This document shows, piece by piece, positions 37,706 to 53,688 of a DNA stretch of 64,000 bases. The translations under genes and the position numbers were made by a program. Under the pieces are notes generated by a model that was given only the letters and a program-made list of their open reading frames with translations, was not told the origin of the DNA and did no database searches. The stretch is from Macrostomum lignano (Eukaryota). The number at the start of each line of letters is the position of its first letter. The stretch's first letter is position 1. The stretch lies in assembly GCA_002269645.1 (NCBI GenBank), contig NIVC01002054.1:1-64000 (forward strand). Direction: 5' to 3'.

Positions 37706-38720
37706 AAACTTTGAGCGGGCAAGTTTATTGGGAAGCGTCAAAGGACCCGGGGGCCCGGATAGAGGCTTAGCAGGTCGCATGTGACCGGCGGGCCGGAGTT
37801 GCCTCACTCAATGACTCACTGGTTTTCGCGGTTCTACAAGTTTACCTGCTTCTACACAATGCTGTACTCGTATGTTTACATATGCTCGGCCTACAATTTA
37901 CGTATATGACACACCTACATACGAGTAGAAAACTCACCACTTGCCCAAATGGAAGCTCTGCTACTTACTTTGTTAGCGCATTATTTGTTAACTGAAAAAT
38001 CTTTTTAAAATTTTCCACGCTTCTGGAAAGTTCTTGAGAATTTTATTTGCTTTTTCCATATACTTTTACAACTAATTCTTTGTTTCATTGCACGCTTTTC
38101 TAGATGTTTTTTATTGACTATAAACGTATCATTAAGCGTATGGAGCTCTTTGTACAGTCCAACTGTACATTCAGCTAAAATTCCTATCCCCTGCCCAAAC
38201 GATAAGACACCCACCTCACGCCATGCAGCACCCCTTCTGAACTGACCTAACCTCTCATTGGCTGACAAGCGCTCAGCCAATGAATGCTCTTCTATACTTC
38301 CGAAGAGCCACATTCACTAAAGCCTATTGATTGGTTAAGAAACTGAGATTTTAATTGAACACAGTCTTGTAATTCGAGTAATTCTTTGTATTCTAAGATA
38401 ATTTACCTGAAGAATGAAAAAATCTACGGACAGAAGGAATCTACGATAAGACAAATAAGGAAGACTGCATTAATAGTACACACGAGGGACAAGAAGATAT
38501 TGACAACATCGAATAATCTGGAATGAAAAAATACATTGAGAGACTAGAGAATGAAGTCTGATTATTATGTAACAAATATAGTCTAGAAATTTATGAATTT
38601 TGCTATTATCACTAACTAAGAAGAGCTCTAATGCTTGATAGTTAAACGGTTTTATTATTTTTAACTAGAAAAAAAATTCGACGTCAAAACGCTTTATATA
38701 CGACTGATGAACTGGACAGC

Positions 38721-38886
38721 TCAGCAGTAGTTGCATCGAGCACGACTGTCGCTGAATATCTCGGCGAATCTACCGACAGGAGAAGTCTTCGGCGTCTCGT
38801 GATCAGACAGGGAAATTACTGCTGCACAGGCCTCGCAACCGTCCCCGGAATGATGCTCAGACAGATTTCTTCTGGCTAGAAACCAG
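38721..38886 (-). CDS. Rab26: Rab26/37-like GTPase exon 6 (hypervariable tail, ends ...RARCNYC*)
   Basis: CTGCAG acceptor at phase 2; WFLARRNLSEHH...DSRARCNYC, TGA at 38723-38721. Confidence 0.8.
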
Positions 38887-38967
38887 CTGCAGTTATGCGT
38901 GAGAAAATTATATTTTGAACATTGTTCTAAGCCATTTTAAGATAAGGCATCGTAAAAATAGTCTCAC

Positions 38968-39047
38968 CGGCCGATGATCTTGTGGCAGAGTTCCACTTGG
39001 TGACCTGTTTTTGCGCTGGTCTCCATAAAACAGGAGATGCTGTCTTC
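38968..39047 (-). CDS. Rab26: Rab26/37-like GTPase exon 5 (G5 ETSAK)
   Basis: TACAG acceptor; EDSISCFMETSAKTGHQVELCHKIIGR; GTGAGA donor. Confidence 0.9.
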
Positions 39048-39074
39048 CTGTAGGGATTGACAGGTAAATGAGTC

Positions 39075-39560
39075 ATTGACTCACTGACCAACTGACTCAC
39101 TGACTCACTAACTCACTGACTCACTGACTCACTGACTCACTAACTCACTGACAAACTGACTCACTGACTCACTGACTCACTGACTCACTGACAAACTGAC
39201 TCACTGACTCACTGACTCACTAACCCACTGACAAACTGACTCACTGACTCACTGACCCACTGACTCACTGACTCACTGACTCACTGACTCACTGACTCAC
39301 TGACTCACTGACTCACTGACTCACTGACTCACTGACCCACTGACTCACTGACTCACTGACTCACTGACTCACTTACTCACTGAATCACTGACTCAGTGAC
39401 TCACTGACACACTGACTCACTGACGCACTGACTCACTGAATCACTGACTCAGTGACTCACTGACACACTGACTCACTGACTCACTTACACACTGACTCAC
39501 TGACTCGTGACTCACTTGACACACTGACTCACTGACTCACTTACACACTGACTTACTGAT
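39075..39560. repeat. 8-bp minisatellite GACTCACT
   Basis: Fills Rab intron 4. Confidence 0.96.
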
Positions 39561-39623
39561 GACTCACTTCTGACACACATTCAATCAATATCGCTGTCCC
39601 TTATCACCAATCCTTTGACACAC

Positions 39624-39799
39624 CTTAGCCAACTTCTGACCCTCGGAGGCTGACACCTTCCTCTCGCGGTCAGCATCCGACTTGTTGCCAAGCAGCATCA
39701 CGTACACGCCGGGGCTGGCGTGGTCTTTAATATCCGCCAGCCAGCTGCGCACGCTGTTAAACGACTGCCGATTGGTGATGTCGTAGAATAGCAGAATAG
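39624..39799 (-). CDS. Rab26: Rab26/37-like GTPase exon 4 (RabF5, G4 NKSD)
   Basis: AILLFYDITNRQSF...VMLLGNKSD...LAK; phase 1-0 matches neighbouring exons. Confidence 0.93.
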
Positions 39800-39864
39800 C
39801 TTTAAGAAAAGGAGACAAATTTCGTAAATTTCTACTAATAGTAAGAGAAATGGAAATTCAATTA

Positions 39865-41420
<1,556 letters not shown>

Positions 41421-42122
41421 CAGTAAAATTAACTTAGCAATGTTCTATCTAACAAATCTAGCAGTGCTGTGAACTTAACAGTCTATATAAAACGATCCTG
41501 GTCTAAAAAATGAGACACGAAGATATCTTGGTAGCTAAAAATATATAATTTAAATTTTTTTCGCGAATCCTTATTCAACCGCGAACGCTATCAAAATTTA
41601 CGCTGGCATATGGGTCCTGTATCATTCATTTTTCATGCATGAAGAAGTCCTTATTGGAGTTGTCTGGGGGAGAGATTTGAAGCAGGAATTGAAGAGCGCT
41701 GGGGCAAGAGTGCATGGCATCTGCCCAGAGCAGCCCCAGACTCAAAAACAGCACTGCTTGAGATTCTATAGGCGGCAGCTCAGAGGCGCAGAGAGAAGTG
41801 TCGGGGACTCACCCGAACTGACAGCGAAATTGAGATCCAAGCGCGATATCATGCGAGGATGGTATGTGCGAGACTGATTGATTGATTGATCTGAACCTCC
41901 GGGGCTTAAAAGCCTCTTGCAGTCTGTCTATGTCCATAGCTAAGAAATTCATTCAAAAATTTGGTGTCATTAACAGAGATAAGGAGAGAGAGATGGGAAG
42001 AGGAAGATGGAGAGAGGGAGATAGGGAGATAGGGAGATAGGGAGAGAGATGGGAAGAGGAAGATGGGGAGAGGGAGATGGGAAAGGGAGATGGAGAGAGG
42101 GAGATGCAGTTAAAAGACTCAC

Positions 42123-42164
42123 CTGGAATCTGATTCTGTAGCCATCTACTGTCAGAATTTTGCT
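42123..42164 (-). CDS. Rab26: Rab26/37-like GTPase exon 2
   Basis: TTGCAG acceptor; SKILTVDGYRIRFQ; GTGAGT donor; phase 0-0. Confidence 0.9.
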
Positions 42165-42284
42165 CTGCAAGGAAGAAGCAAGGCTCGTAAGATTCGTATG
42201 CAGAGTGTAGCAGTAAACATGTAAAATTAATATTTCATGCATAAAAACTACTTCATGAAATTCTTTCAAAACCATAACAGATCA

Positions 42285-43945
42285 ATTAGAAAACCACAGC
42301 AGATCAATTAGAAAAACACAACAGATCAATTAGAAAAACACAACAGATCAATTAGAAAAACACAACAGATCAATTAGAAAACAACAACAGATCTATTAGA
42401 AATGAACAACAGATCTATTAAAATGAACAACAGATATATTAAAATCAACAACAGATCTATTAGAAATCAACAGCAGATCAATTTCAACCACAGATCAATT
42501 AGAATCAACAACAGATCTATTAGAAATCAACAATAGATCTATTAAAAATCAACAATAGATCTATTAGAAATCAACAATAGATCTATTAGAAATCAACAAC
42601 AGATCTATTAGAAATCAACAATAGATCTATTAGAAATCAACAACCGATCTATTAGAAATCAACAATAGATCTATTAGAAATCAACAATAGATCTATTAGA
42701 AATCAACAACCGATCTATTAGAAATCAACAATAGATCTATTAGAAATCAACAATAGATCTATTAGAAATCAACAATAGATCTATTAGAAATCAACAACCG
42801 ATCTATTAGAAATCAACAATAGATCTATTAGAAATCAACAATAGATCTATTAGAAATCAACAACAGATCTATTAGAAATCAACAGCAGATCAATTTCAAC
42901 CACAGATCAATTAGAATCAACAACAGATCTATTAGAAATCAACAACAGATCTATTAGAAATAAACCACAGATCAATTAGAATCAACAACAGATCTATTAG
43001 AAATCAACAATAGATCTATTAGAAATCAACAATAGATCTATTAGAAATCAACAACAGATCTATTAGAAATAAACAAGAGATCTATTAGAAATCAACAATA
43101 GATCTATTAGAAATCAACAACCGATCTATTAGAAATCAACAATAGATCTATTAGAAATCAACAACCGATCTATTAGAAATCAACAACCGATCTATTAGAA
43201 ATCAACAATAGATCTATTAGAAATCAACAATAGATCTATTAGAAATCAACAACCGATCTATTAGAAATCAACAATAGATCTATTAGAAATCAACAACAGA
43301 TCTATTAAAAATCAACAATAGATCTATTAGAAATCTACAACAGATGTATTAGAAATCAACAATAGATCTATTAGAAATCAAGAATAGATCTATTAGAAAC
43401 CACAGCAGATTATTAGAAATCAACAACAGATCTATTAAAATGAACAACAGATCTATTAGAAATCAACAATAGATCTATTAGAAATCAACAATAGATCTAT
43501 TAGAAACCACAGCAGATTATTAGAAATCAACAACAGATCTTTTAAAATGAACAACAGATCTATTAGAAATCAACAACAGATCTATTAAAATGAACAACAG
43601 ATCTATTAGAGATCAACAACAGATCTATTAAAATGAAGAACAGATCTATTAGAGATCAACAACAGATCTATTAAAATGAACAACAGATCTATTAGAAATC
43701 AACAACAGATCTATTAGAAATCAACAACAGATCTATTAGAAATCAACAATAGATCTATTAGAAATCAACAACAGATCTATTAGAAATCAACAACAGATCT
43801 ATTAGAAATCAACACCAGATCTATCAGAAATCAACAATAGATCTATTAGAAACCACAGCAGATCTATTAAAAAACAACAACAGATCCATTAGAAATCAAC
43901 AGCAGATCTATTAGAAAACCACAACACATTTATTAGAAATCAACA
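42285..43945. repeat. 22-bp minisatellite AGATCTATTAGAAATCAACAA(T/C)
   Basis: About 75 copies filling Rab intron 1. Confidence 0.97.
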
Positions 43946-44046
43946 AATATTTTACAGATCCTTAAAAATAACGAGATATTTTCCAAACCAGAAACGATTC
44001 TCAGAAACCGGAGGAAGCAGATTCAGCAGGAGCATCTCCCACTCAC

Positions 44047-44346
44047 CCTGTAGTCAACTCCAACCGTGGTTATAAAAGTGCTCCCCGGAAACTTGGCGTC
44101 CTTGAACTGATGCAGGAAGCTGGTCTTGCCAACTCCGCTATCGCCGATTAGCATCACCTTGCAGACCGCATCGTAGGGCTCTGAGCAGCCGCCGGTTGAC
44201 CCGTGCCTGCTGGTCAGGGTCGCGGTGCGGTCAGGGACATATCGGCGACGCTCGAGAAGCCCGAGGCCGTCGGAGCTGCCGACACCGCAGACGGAGTGGC
44301 GAGCGGCCCGGGTGTTGAGTATTCGACTCCGTTCGTTCGGCTGCAT
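44047..44346 (-). CDS. Rab26: Rab26/37-like GTPase exon 1. Gene = complement join(44346-44047,42164-42123,39951-39885,39799-39624,39047-38968,38886-38721), 276 aa
   Basis: ATG 44346; ~55-aa N-terminal extension, then [13 protein letters not shown] (G1) and [10 protein letters not shown] (G2/RabF1); GTGAGT donor. All exon phases join. Confidence 0.92.
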
Positions 44347-44863
44347 GATCTCTCTGAGCCTTTCTGCTGTTGTTGATTTCTCAGCAATCGGCTGATGAAG
44401 TACTAGATAGAAAGAGATGCTGCGAGATCGCTTTAGCTTCAGTCCCGAACATTAATGCTTTTTCCTCTCGATCTGCTCGCGTTATCCCTAATTTCTGAGT
44501 CCCTTTCTATCCCCCTTGTCCACTCCCAATTGGTTGAAGCCGGTTGCTATGGGATCCCGGAATATGATTTCTTTATGCATGCATATACTCTTATGCTGTG
44601 TAATCAAAGGCATCGACGAACACTTATTGATTATTTATTGCATGGGAATTGAGTCGGCGTAATTCTCGAAATTTGAATAATAAAATTTTATATGAATTAT
44701 TAAAGTGAAGGAGTTCATTTTTACGATCATGCATCGACGAAGGTGACGGGTAAACAGAACCATAAAATTAGATACACTCGAAGGTAAGCACGATGTGCCG
44801 GTTTGCCAAAGTGCATGATGAAACTTTATACTCTGCATCTACTCAAAATCCAGGCTCTCTAGA

Positions 44864-44878
44864 GTTGCTCTTAGCAAC
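44864..44878. promoter_or_regulatory. X-box-like palindrome GTTGCT-CTT-AGCAAC ~520 bp upstream of the Rab ATG
   Basis: Perfect inverted 6-bp half sites with a 3-nt spacer. Confidence 0.35.
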
Positions 44879-45069
44879 CAGCTCGGGCTGAGGGGAACAG
44901 TTCTTAGTCTGTATTGAATGGAAAGAGTTAGAAATGACAAAGAAGACACTGAAGCTCAAGTTGTTGGATAACGGTTAAGAGTATTAAGGTAAAATGATCG
45001 CTTGGCAATGCTTGACAAAGTGCTCCCCGTTTGTAGTTTTGTTTCTTTTTGTAAGGACCCTCGTTCGCT

Positions 45070-45735
<666 letters not shown>

Positions 45736-46399
45736 TATCCCTACAACTACAACAGGCAAAGAACAGAATCCATGCTTCAGCCACCGCTATTAGCAAATTT
45801 GCGTTGAGCAAATACTTGATTTGGCTCAAACAGATATGATGAAGAATTTTCCCCAACCCAGCCTCCTAACCATGCAGGAAAGGGAATTTCAAATTAAAAG
45901 ACACGCACATGCAACTCGTACATTGTATTTTGAGCCCCGGTTAAGCGCCGTAGGGTCGAGTTTTTCCTTTCTCCGAGTGAACAGCTCAACTTTGAAGAAA
46001 AATTTTCAACTAGCGCAAGGCAATAGACGCGCGGCTGCCTCATCTCTTGGGGAAAGATGCTGCACGCCCTGTGCATACATTTCAGTATAGCTAAGGCGGT
46101 TTTTAAGGCAAAAAAACAAGATCAGTCTTCAAATATGTGCAGAGGAGTTTCTCGTGTCAGGGCAGTGTGGAGGGTCATGTATAGCTGATGTCCTTGATTC
46201 TGTGCCACTGCTGACAACCAAAGGTACCGACTGTAAGAAGATCCCAGGTACAAGGCGGAGAACCCGGCCAAACTTTTGATATCAAAAGATGAGAAGCAGA
46301 GCACAGCGACCTTGTAAAAAATAAATTGAAAAAGTACTTTACATTGAACAACTCTGCCTTGACAAACTGCAGACTGGTATGAATTATGAATATTTTCAA

Positions 46400-49300
46400 C
46401 CAGTATGGCCGATTTCTAAAATGATCTATGACCACGGAGTGGATCATTATGTATGACCGATTTCTAAAATGATCTATGACCACGGAGTGGATCATTATTC
46501 ATGACCGATTTCTAAAATGATCTATGACCACGGAGTGGATCATTATGCATGACCGATTTCTAAAATGATCTATGACCACGGAGTGGATCATTATGTATGA
46601 CCGATTTCTAAAATGATCTATGATCACGGAGTGGATCATTATGCATGACCGATTTTTAAAATGATCTATGATCACGGAGTAGATCATTATGCATGACCGA
46701 TTTCTAAATTGATCTATGACCATTCAGTGGATCATTAGGTATGACCGATTTCTAAATTGAGCTATGACAATGGAGTGGATCATTAGGTATGACCGATTTC
46801 TAAACTGATCTATGACCATGGAGTTAATCATTATGTATGACCGATTTCTAAACTGATCTATGACCACGAAGTGGATCATTATGTATGACCGATTTCTAAA
46901 TTGAGCTATGACCATGGTGTGGATCATTATGTATGACCGATTTCTAAGTTGAGCTATGACCATGGAGTTAATCATTATGTATGACCGATTTCTAAACTGA
47001 TCTATGACCATGCAGTGGATCATTATGTATGACCGATTTCTAAACTGATCTATGACCACGAAGTAGATCATTATGTATGACCGATTTCTAAATTGATCTA
47101 TAACCACGAAGTGGATCATTATGCATGACCGATTTCTAAATTGATCTATAACCACGGAGTGGATCATTATGCATGACCGATTTCTAAATTGATCTATAAC
47201 CACGGAGTGGATCATTATGTATGACCGATTTCTAAATTGATCTATGACCACGGAGTCGATCATTATGTATGACCGATTTCTAAATTGATCTATGACCAAT
47301 CAGTGGATCATTATGTATGACCGATTTCTAAACTGATCTATGACCACGAAGTAGATCATTATGTATGACCGATTTCTAAATTGATCTATAACCACGAAGT
47401 GGATCATTATGCATGACCGATTTCTAAATTGATCTATAACCACGGAGTGGATCATTATGTATGACCGATTTCTAAATTGATCTATGACCACGGAGTGGAT
47501 CATTATGTATGACCGATTTCTAAATTGAGCTATGACCACGGAATCGATCATTATTCATGACCGATTTCTAAACTGATCTTGACCACGGAGTGGATCATTA
47601 TGTATGACCGATTTCTAAATTGAGCTATGACCACGGAATCGATCATTATTCATGACCGATTTCTAAACTGATCTTGACCACGGAGTGGATCATTATGTAT
47701 GACCGATTTCTAAATTGAGCTATGACCACGGAATCGATCATTATTCATGACCGATTTCTAAACTGATCTATAACCACGGAGTGGATCATTATGTATGACC
47801 AATTTCTAAGCTGAGCTATGACCATGGAGTTAATCATTATGTATGACCGATTTCTAAGTTGAGCTATGACCATGGAGTTAATAATTATGTATGACCGATT
47901 TCTAAACTGATCTATGACCATGCAGTGGATCATTATGTATGACCGATTTCTAAACTGATCTATGACCACGAAGTAGATCATTATGTATGACCGATTTCTA
48001 AATTGATCTATAACCACGAAGTAGATCATTATGTATGACCGATTTCTAAATTGATCTATGAGCACGGAGTGGATCATTATGTATGACCGATTTCTAAATT
48101 GATCTATAACCACGGAGTGGATCATTATGTATGACCGATTTCTAAATTGATCTATGACCATTCAGTGGATCATTATGCATGACCGATTTCTAAATTGATC
48201 TATGACCAATCAGTGGATCATTATGCATGACCGATTTCTAAAATGATCTATGACCATGGAGTGGATCATATGCATGACCGATTTCTAAATTGATCTATGA
48301 CCATTCAGTGGATCATTAGGTATGACCGATTTCTAAATTGATCTATGACCACGGAGTCGATCATTATGTATGACCGATTTCTAAATTGATCTATGACCAC
48401 GGAGTCGATCATTATGTATGACCGATTTCTAAAATGATCTATGACCATGGAGTGGATCATATGCATGACCGATTTCTAAATTGATCTATGACCATTCAGT
48501 GGATCATTAGGTATGACCGATTTCTAAACTGATCTATGACCACGGAGTCGATCATTATGCATGACCGATTTCTAAATTGATCTATGACCACGGAGTGGAT
48601 CATTATGTATGACCGATTTCTAAATTGATCTATGACTATGGAGTGGATCATTATGTATGACCGATTTCTAAATTGATCTATGACTATGGAGTGGATCATT
48701 ATGCATGACCGATTTCTTAATTGATCTATGACCACGGAGTGGATCATTATGCATGACCGATTTCTAAATTGATCTATAACCACGGAGTGGATCATTATGT
48801 ATGACCGATTTCTAAATTGATCTATGACCACGGAGTCGATCATTATGTATGACCGATTTCTAAATTGATCTATAACCACGGAGTGGATCATTATGTATGA
48901 CCGATTTCTAAATTGATCTATGACCAATCAGTGGATCATTATGCATGACCGATTTCTAAAATGATCTATGACCATGGAGTGGATCATATGCATGACCGAT
49001 TTCTAAATTGATCTATGACCATTCAGTGGATCATTAGGTATGACCGATTTCTAAACTGATCTATGACCAAGGAGTCGATCATTATGCATGACTGATTTCT
49101 AAATTGATCTATGACTATGGAGTGGATCATTATGTATGACCGATTTCTAAATTGAGCTATGACCACGGAATCGATCATTATTCATGACCGATTTCTAAAC
49201 TGATCTATAACCACGGAGTGGATCATTATGTATGACCAATTTCTAAGCTGAGCTATGACCATGGAGTTAATCATTATGTATGACCGATTTCTAAGTTGAG

Positions 49301-50070
49301 CTATGACCATGGAGTTAATAATTATGTATGACCGATTTCTAAACTGATCTATGACCATGCAGTGGATCATTATGTATGACCGATTTCTAAACTGATCTAT
49401 AACCACGGAGTGGATCATTATGTATGACCGATTTCTAAAATGATCTATGACCATGGAGTGGATCATATGCATGACCGATTTCTAAATTGATCTATGACCA
49501 TTCAGTGGATCATTAGGTATGACCGATTTCTAAACTGATCTATGACCAAGGAGTCGATCATTATGCATGACTGATTTCTAAATTGATCTATGACTATGGA
49601 GTGGATCATTATGTATGACCGATTTCTAAATTGAGCTATGACCACGGAATCGATCATTATTCATGACCGATTTCTAAACTGATCTATGACCACGGAGTGG
49701 ATCATTATGTATGACCAATTTCTAAGCTGAGCTATGACCACGGAGTCGATCATTATGTATGACCGATTTCTAAACTGATCTATGACCACGGAGGTAATCA
49801 TTATGCATGACCGATTTCTAGAATGATCTATGACCATGGTGTGGATCATTATGCATGAACGATTTCTAGAATGATCTATGACCATGGAGCGGATCCTTAT
49901 GCATGACCGATTTCTAAAATGATCTATGACCACGGAGTTCATCATTTTGCATGACCGATTTCTAGAATGATCTATGACCATGGAGTGGATCATTATGCAT
50001 GACCGATTTCTAGAATGATCTATGACCATTCAGTAAATCATTATGCATGACCGATTTGTAAATTGATCGA
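46400..50070. repeat. 48-bp satellite ATGACCGATTTCTAAATTGATCTATGACCACGGAGTGGATCATTATGT, ~76 copies
   Basis: Tandem copies with recurring variant blocks; source of the MIHSVVIDQFRNRSYI ORFs. Confidence 0.98.
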
Positions 50071-50759
50071 TAAAATTTTGGTCATACGGCATGACCAATA
50101 TACAAAACAGATAAGATCAGTAGATTTGTCTACTAAGGTATGACCAAAATTCTTTAGAAAGCTATGATCGGACCACTAGACCTTACAAAGTTCTAACTAA
50201 AATCGGTCAAAAAAATTCTCCAACTGATTTGCTGAGGCTCGCCGTGGAGATTGTTGAAATTTATGCAGCAGCAAATCGATTCATAGCTCTCACTGCAATG
50301 AGACACGGATTTCTACATCCATAAATTCCCAGATGCAAGCGATATAGATATTTATGAGTTATATGCCATAGTCGAATTTGTAGCAGAAGTGCTGCGTGAG
50401 CTTCTCGGGAAACTGCTTCTGACAGTTCGAATTGTAGCAGGATAAAAAATCAGATAAAATGCTCAGATATGAGCAGCTAATATAAGTAGACGCACAACCG
50501 AGATTTTATCGTAGCCAGCCCCCCCCCCCCATTCCTATATTGTATTTATAGCCCAACCAAGCGAATGACTTATAAAATGTAAATGATAGAAATATGAAAC
50601 CATACATATACATATATATAATGTCAATACGGAAGGCTTTGACGGGTAGAGCCCAGAGGCGCGGCAACCTGGCAAAATATCCGAGTCACCAATGTACTTT
50701 TAGTCTGCTGCTCACAGTCGCGTAAGGAGAGAAGTAGAACTGCATATTGAGAAGTAGAC

Positions 50760-51480
50760 GTAGATATGATGAATAATACTTAGACACGGAGAAGTAGAAG
50801 TTAGACACGTGACAGGTAGAGGTAGACATAAGAGGTAGCAGTAGACACAGGAGAAGTAGACATGGGAGAATTAGAAGTAGAAACAGAAGTAGAGGTAGAC
50901 AAAGGAGGAGCATACATGGGATAATTAGAAGTAGATAGAGAGAGAAGTACGAGTGTAGACATAAAATTAGACACTGAAAAAAGTAGACACGGGAGTAGAC
51001 ACAGGAGTAGACACAGGAGTAGACAAGGGAGAAATAGACACAGGAGTAGACAAGGGAGAAATAGACACAGGAGTAGACAAGGGAGAAATAGACACAGGAG
51101 TAGACAAGGGAGAAATAGACACAGGAGTAGACAAGGGAGAAATAGACACAGGAGTAGACAAGGGAGAAATAGACACAGGAGTAGACAAGGGAGAAGTAGA
51201 CACGGGATAAGTAGACACAGGAGAAGTAGACACAATGAAGTAGACATGAGAGAAGTAGGCACAGGGGAAGTAGACACGGGAGAAGTAGACACGGAGAAGT
51301 AGACACGGGAGAAGTAGACACAATTAAGTAGACATGGGAGAAGTAGACACAGGAGAAGTAGACACGGGAGAAGTAGACACGGGAGAAGTAGACACGTGAG
51401 AAGTAGACACGGGAGATGTAAACACAGGAGTAGATACGGGAGAAGTAGACACAGGAGAAGTAAACACGTGAGAAGTAGAT
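50760..51480. repeat. AGTAGACA-core minisatellites (27-bp GAGTAGACAAGGGAGAAATAGACACAG; 15-bp GAGAAGTAGACACGG)
   Basis: Direct inspection. Confidence 0.9.
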
Positions 51481-51999
51481 CGCTTACAAATGACAGTAGA
51501 AAGAAGTAACTCAGTAAGCCAGCTAAATTATTATTTTGATTTCTCAGAGATAGATTTTAAAACGAAATAGTTAAAGCCTTCTTGAGGGTTGGAACAAAGC
51601 AAATTTATTGATATATTTAATCGCGTTAGTAAAATTATAATTTAGTATTACATCTGGTCAAAAATTTTATGCTTGATGTGGGAAGAGAAAAAGCTGGATC
51701 TGTCAATTAAAAATAAATATTGCAGGATATTGTCAAGAGAAAAAGACGGGCGAACCAAAAAACCCAGTCAGGTTTGAAGGACAAAAAAGGTCAACGACCC
51801 AGTTAACGGAAGACTAAAAAGGCAAAATTATAAATGATTACTCATTAATACAGCATATATGCTCGTAATGATTAGTAAAACTATCACCGTTTAGAAGAGC
51901 AGGGAGAAAATACATGTATGCGTTTTGGTTGGGCAGGCTGTAGTTGAGACAAAAAAGTAGACACTAAGATCTGAACAAGTAGAGTATTTATTATATGGA

Positions 52000-53300
52000 G
52001 AAGTAGACAGTGAGATATGGGGGAGAAGTAGACAGTAAGATATGGGGGAGAAGTAGACTGTGAGATATGGAGAGAAGTAGACAGTGAGATATGGGGGAAA
52101 AGTAGACAGTAAGATATGGGGGAGAAGTAGACAGTGAGATATGGGGGAGAAGTAGACAGTAAGATATGGGGGAGAAGTAGACAGTGAGATATGGGGGAGA
52201 AGTAGACAGTGAGATATGGTGGAGAAGTAGACAGTGAGATATGGTGGAGAAGTAGACAGTGAGATATGGGGAGAAGTAGACAGTGAGATATGGGGGAGAA
52301 GTCTAAAGTAAGATATGGGGGAGAAGTAGACAGTGAGATATGGTGGAGAAGTAGACAGTGAGATATGGGGAGAAGTAGACAGTGAGATATGGGGAGAAGT
52401 AGACAGTGAGATATGGGGAGAAGTAGACAGTGAGATATGGGGAGAAGTAGACAGTGAGATATGGGGAGAAGTAGACAGTGAGATATGGGGAGAAGTAGAC
52501 AGTGAGATATGGGGAGAAGTAGACAGTGAGATATGGGGAGAAGTAGACAGTGACATATGGGGGAGAAGTAGACAGTGAGATATGGTGGAGAAGTAGACAG
52601 TGAGATATGGGGAGAAGTAGACAGTGAGATATGGGGGAGAAGTCTAAAGTAAGATATGGGGGAGAAGTAGACAGTGAGATATGGTGGAGAAGTAGACAGT
52701 GAGATATGGGGAGAAGTAGACAGTGAGATATGGGGAGAAGTAGACAGTGAGATATGGGGAGAAGTAGACAGTGAGATATGGGGAGAAGTAGACAGTGAGA
52801 TATGGGGAGAAGTAGACAGTGAGATATGGGGAGAAGTAGACAGTGAGATATGGGGAGAAGTAGACAGTGAGATATGGGGAGAAGTAGACAGTGACATATG
52901 GGGGAGAAGTAGACAGTGAGATATGGGGGAGAAGTAGACAGTGAGATATGGTGGAGAAGTAGACAGTGAGATATGGGGAGAAGTAGACAGTGAGATATGT
53001 GGAGAAGTAGACAGTGAGATATGGGGAGAAGTAGACAGTGAGATATGGGGAGAAGTAGACAGTGACATATGGGGAGAAGTAGACAGTGAGATATGGGGGA
53101 GAAGTAGACAGTGAGATATGGTGGAGAAGTAGACAGTGAGATATGGGGAGAAGTAGACAGTGAGATATGGGGAGAAGTAGACAGTGAGATATGGGGAGAA
53201 GTAGACAGTGAGATATGGGGAGAAGTAGACAGTGACATATGGGGGAGAAGTAGACAGTGAGATATGGGGGAGAAGTAGACAGTGAGATATGGGGAGAAGT
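52000..53300. repeat. 24/25-bp minisatellite GAGAAGTAGACAGTGAGATATGGG(G)
   Basis: About 53 copies just downstream of the REEP gene. Confidence 0.97.
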
Positions 53301-53590
53301 TGACAACTTGAAAAGAAGTTCTTATCGAATCAGTAATACCTTAATTACCGGAGTAATTATAGATCCTGCTAATTAATAAGTGTTACTATATCATCAGGTA
53401 AAAAAGGATCAGGAAACGATAAATTTTGATTTTATTCATTGAAAAAACACATCACGCTCACAGAAAAACGATCTGGTCCCTCACTGTCAATATTTAGCTA
53501 GAAAATATTCCTATCACACTACTACTCCGAATTCTCCAACAGTAGTATAGTTAGCAATAGACTTTTAGACAGTTCTCTCATCAACTTAAC

Positions 53591-53688
53591 TCAATCGGTC
53601 TTGCTAAAGTCGCCGGTTTCGTCGGAGTTGGGCGCCGAAATTTGGTCGGCAGCGGCGTCCACGGCGCGCCTTTTGAGTTCGCCCTCGG
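53591..53688 (-). CDS. REEP5: REEP5-like exon 3
   Basis: TTTTTCCAG acceptor at phase 1; AEGELKRRAVDAAADQ...SKTD*. Confidence 0.8.
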
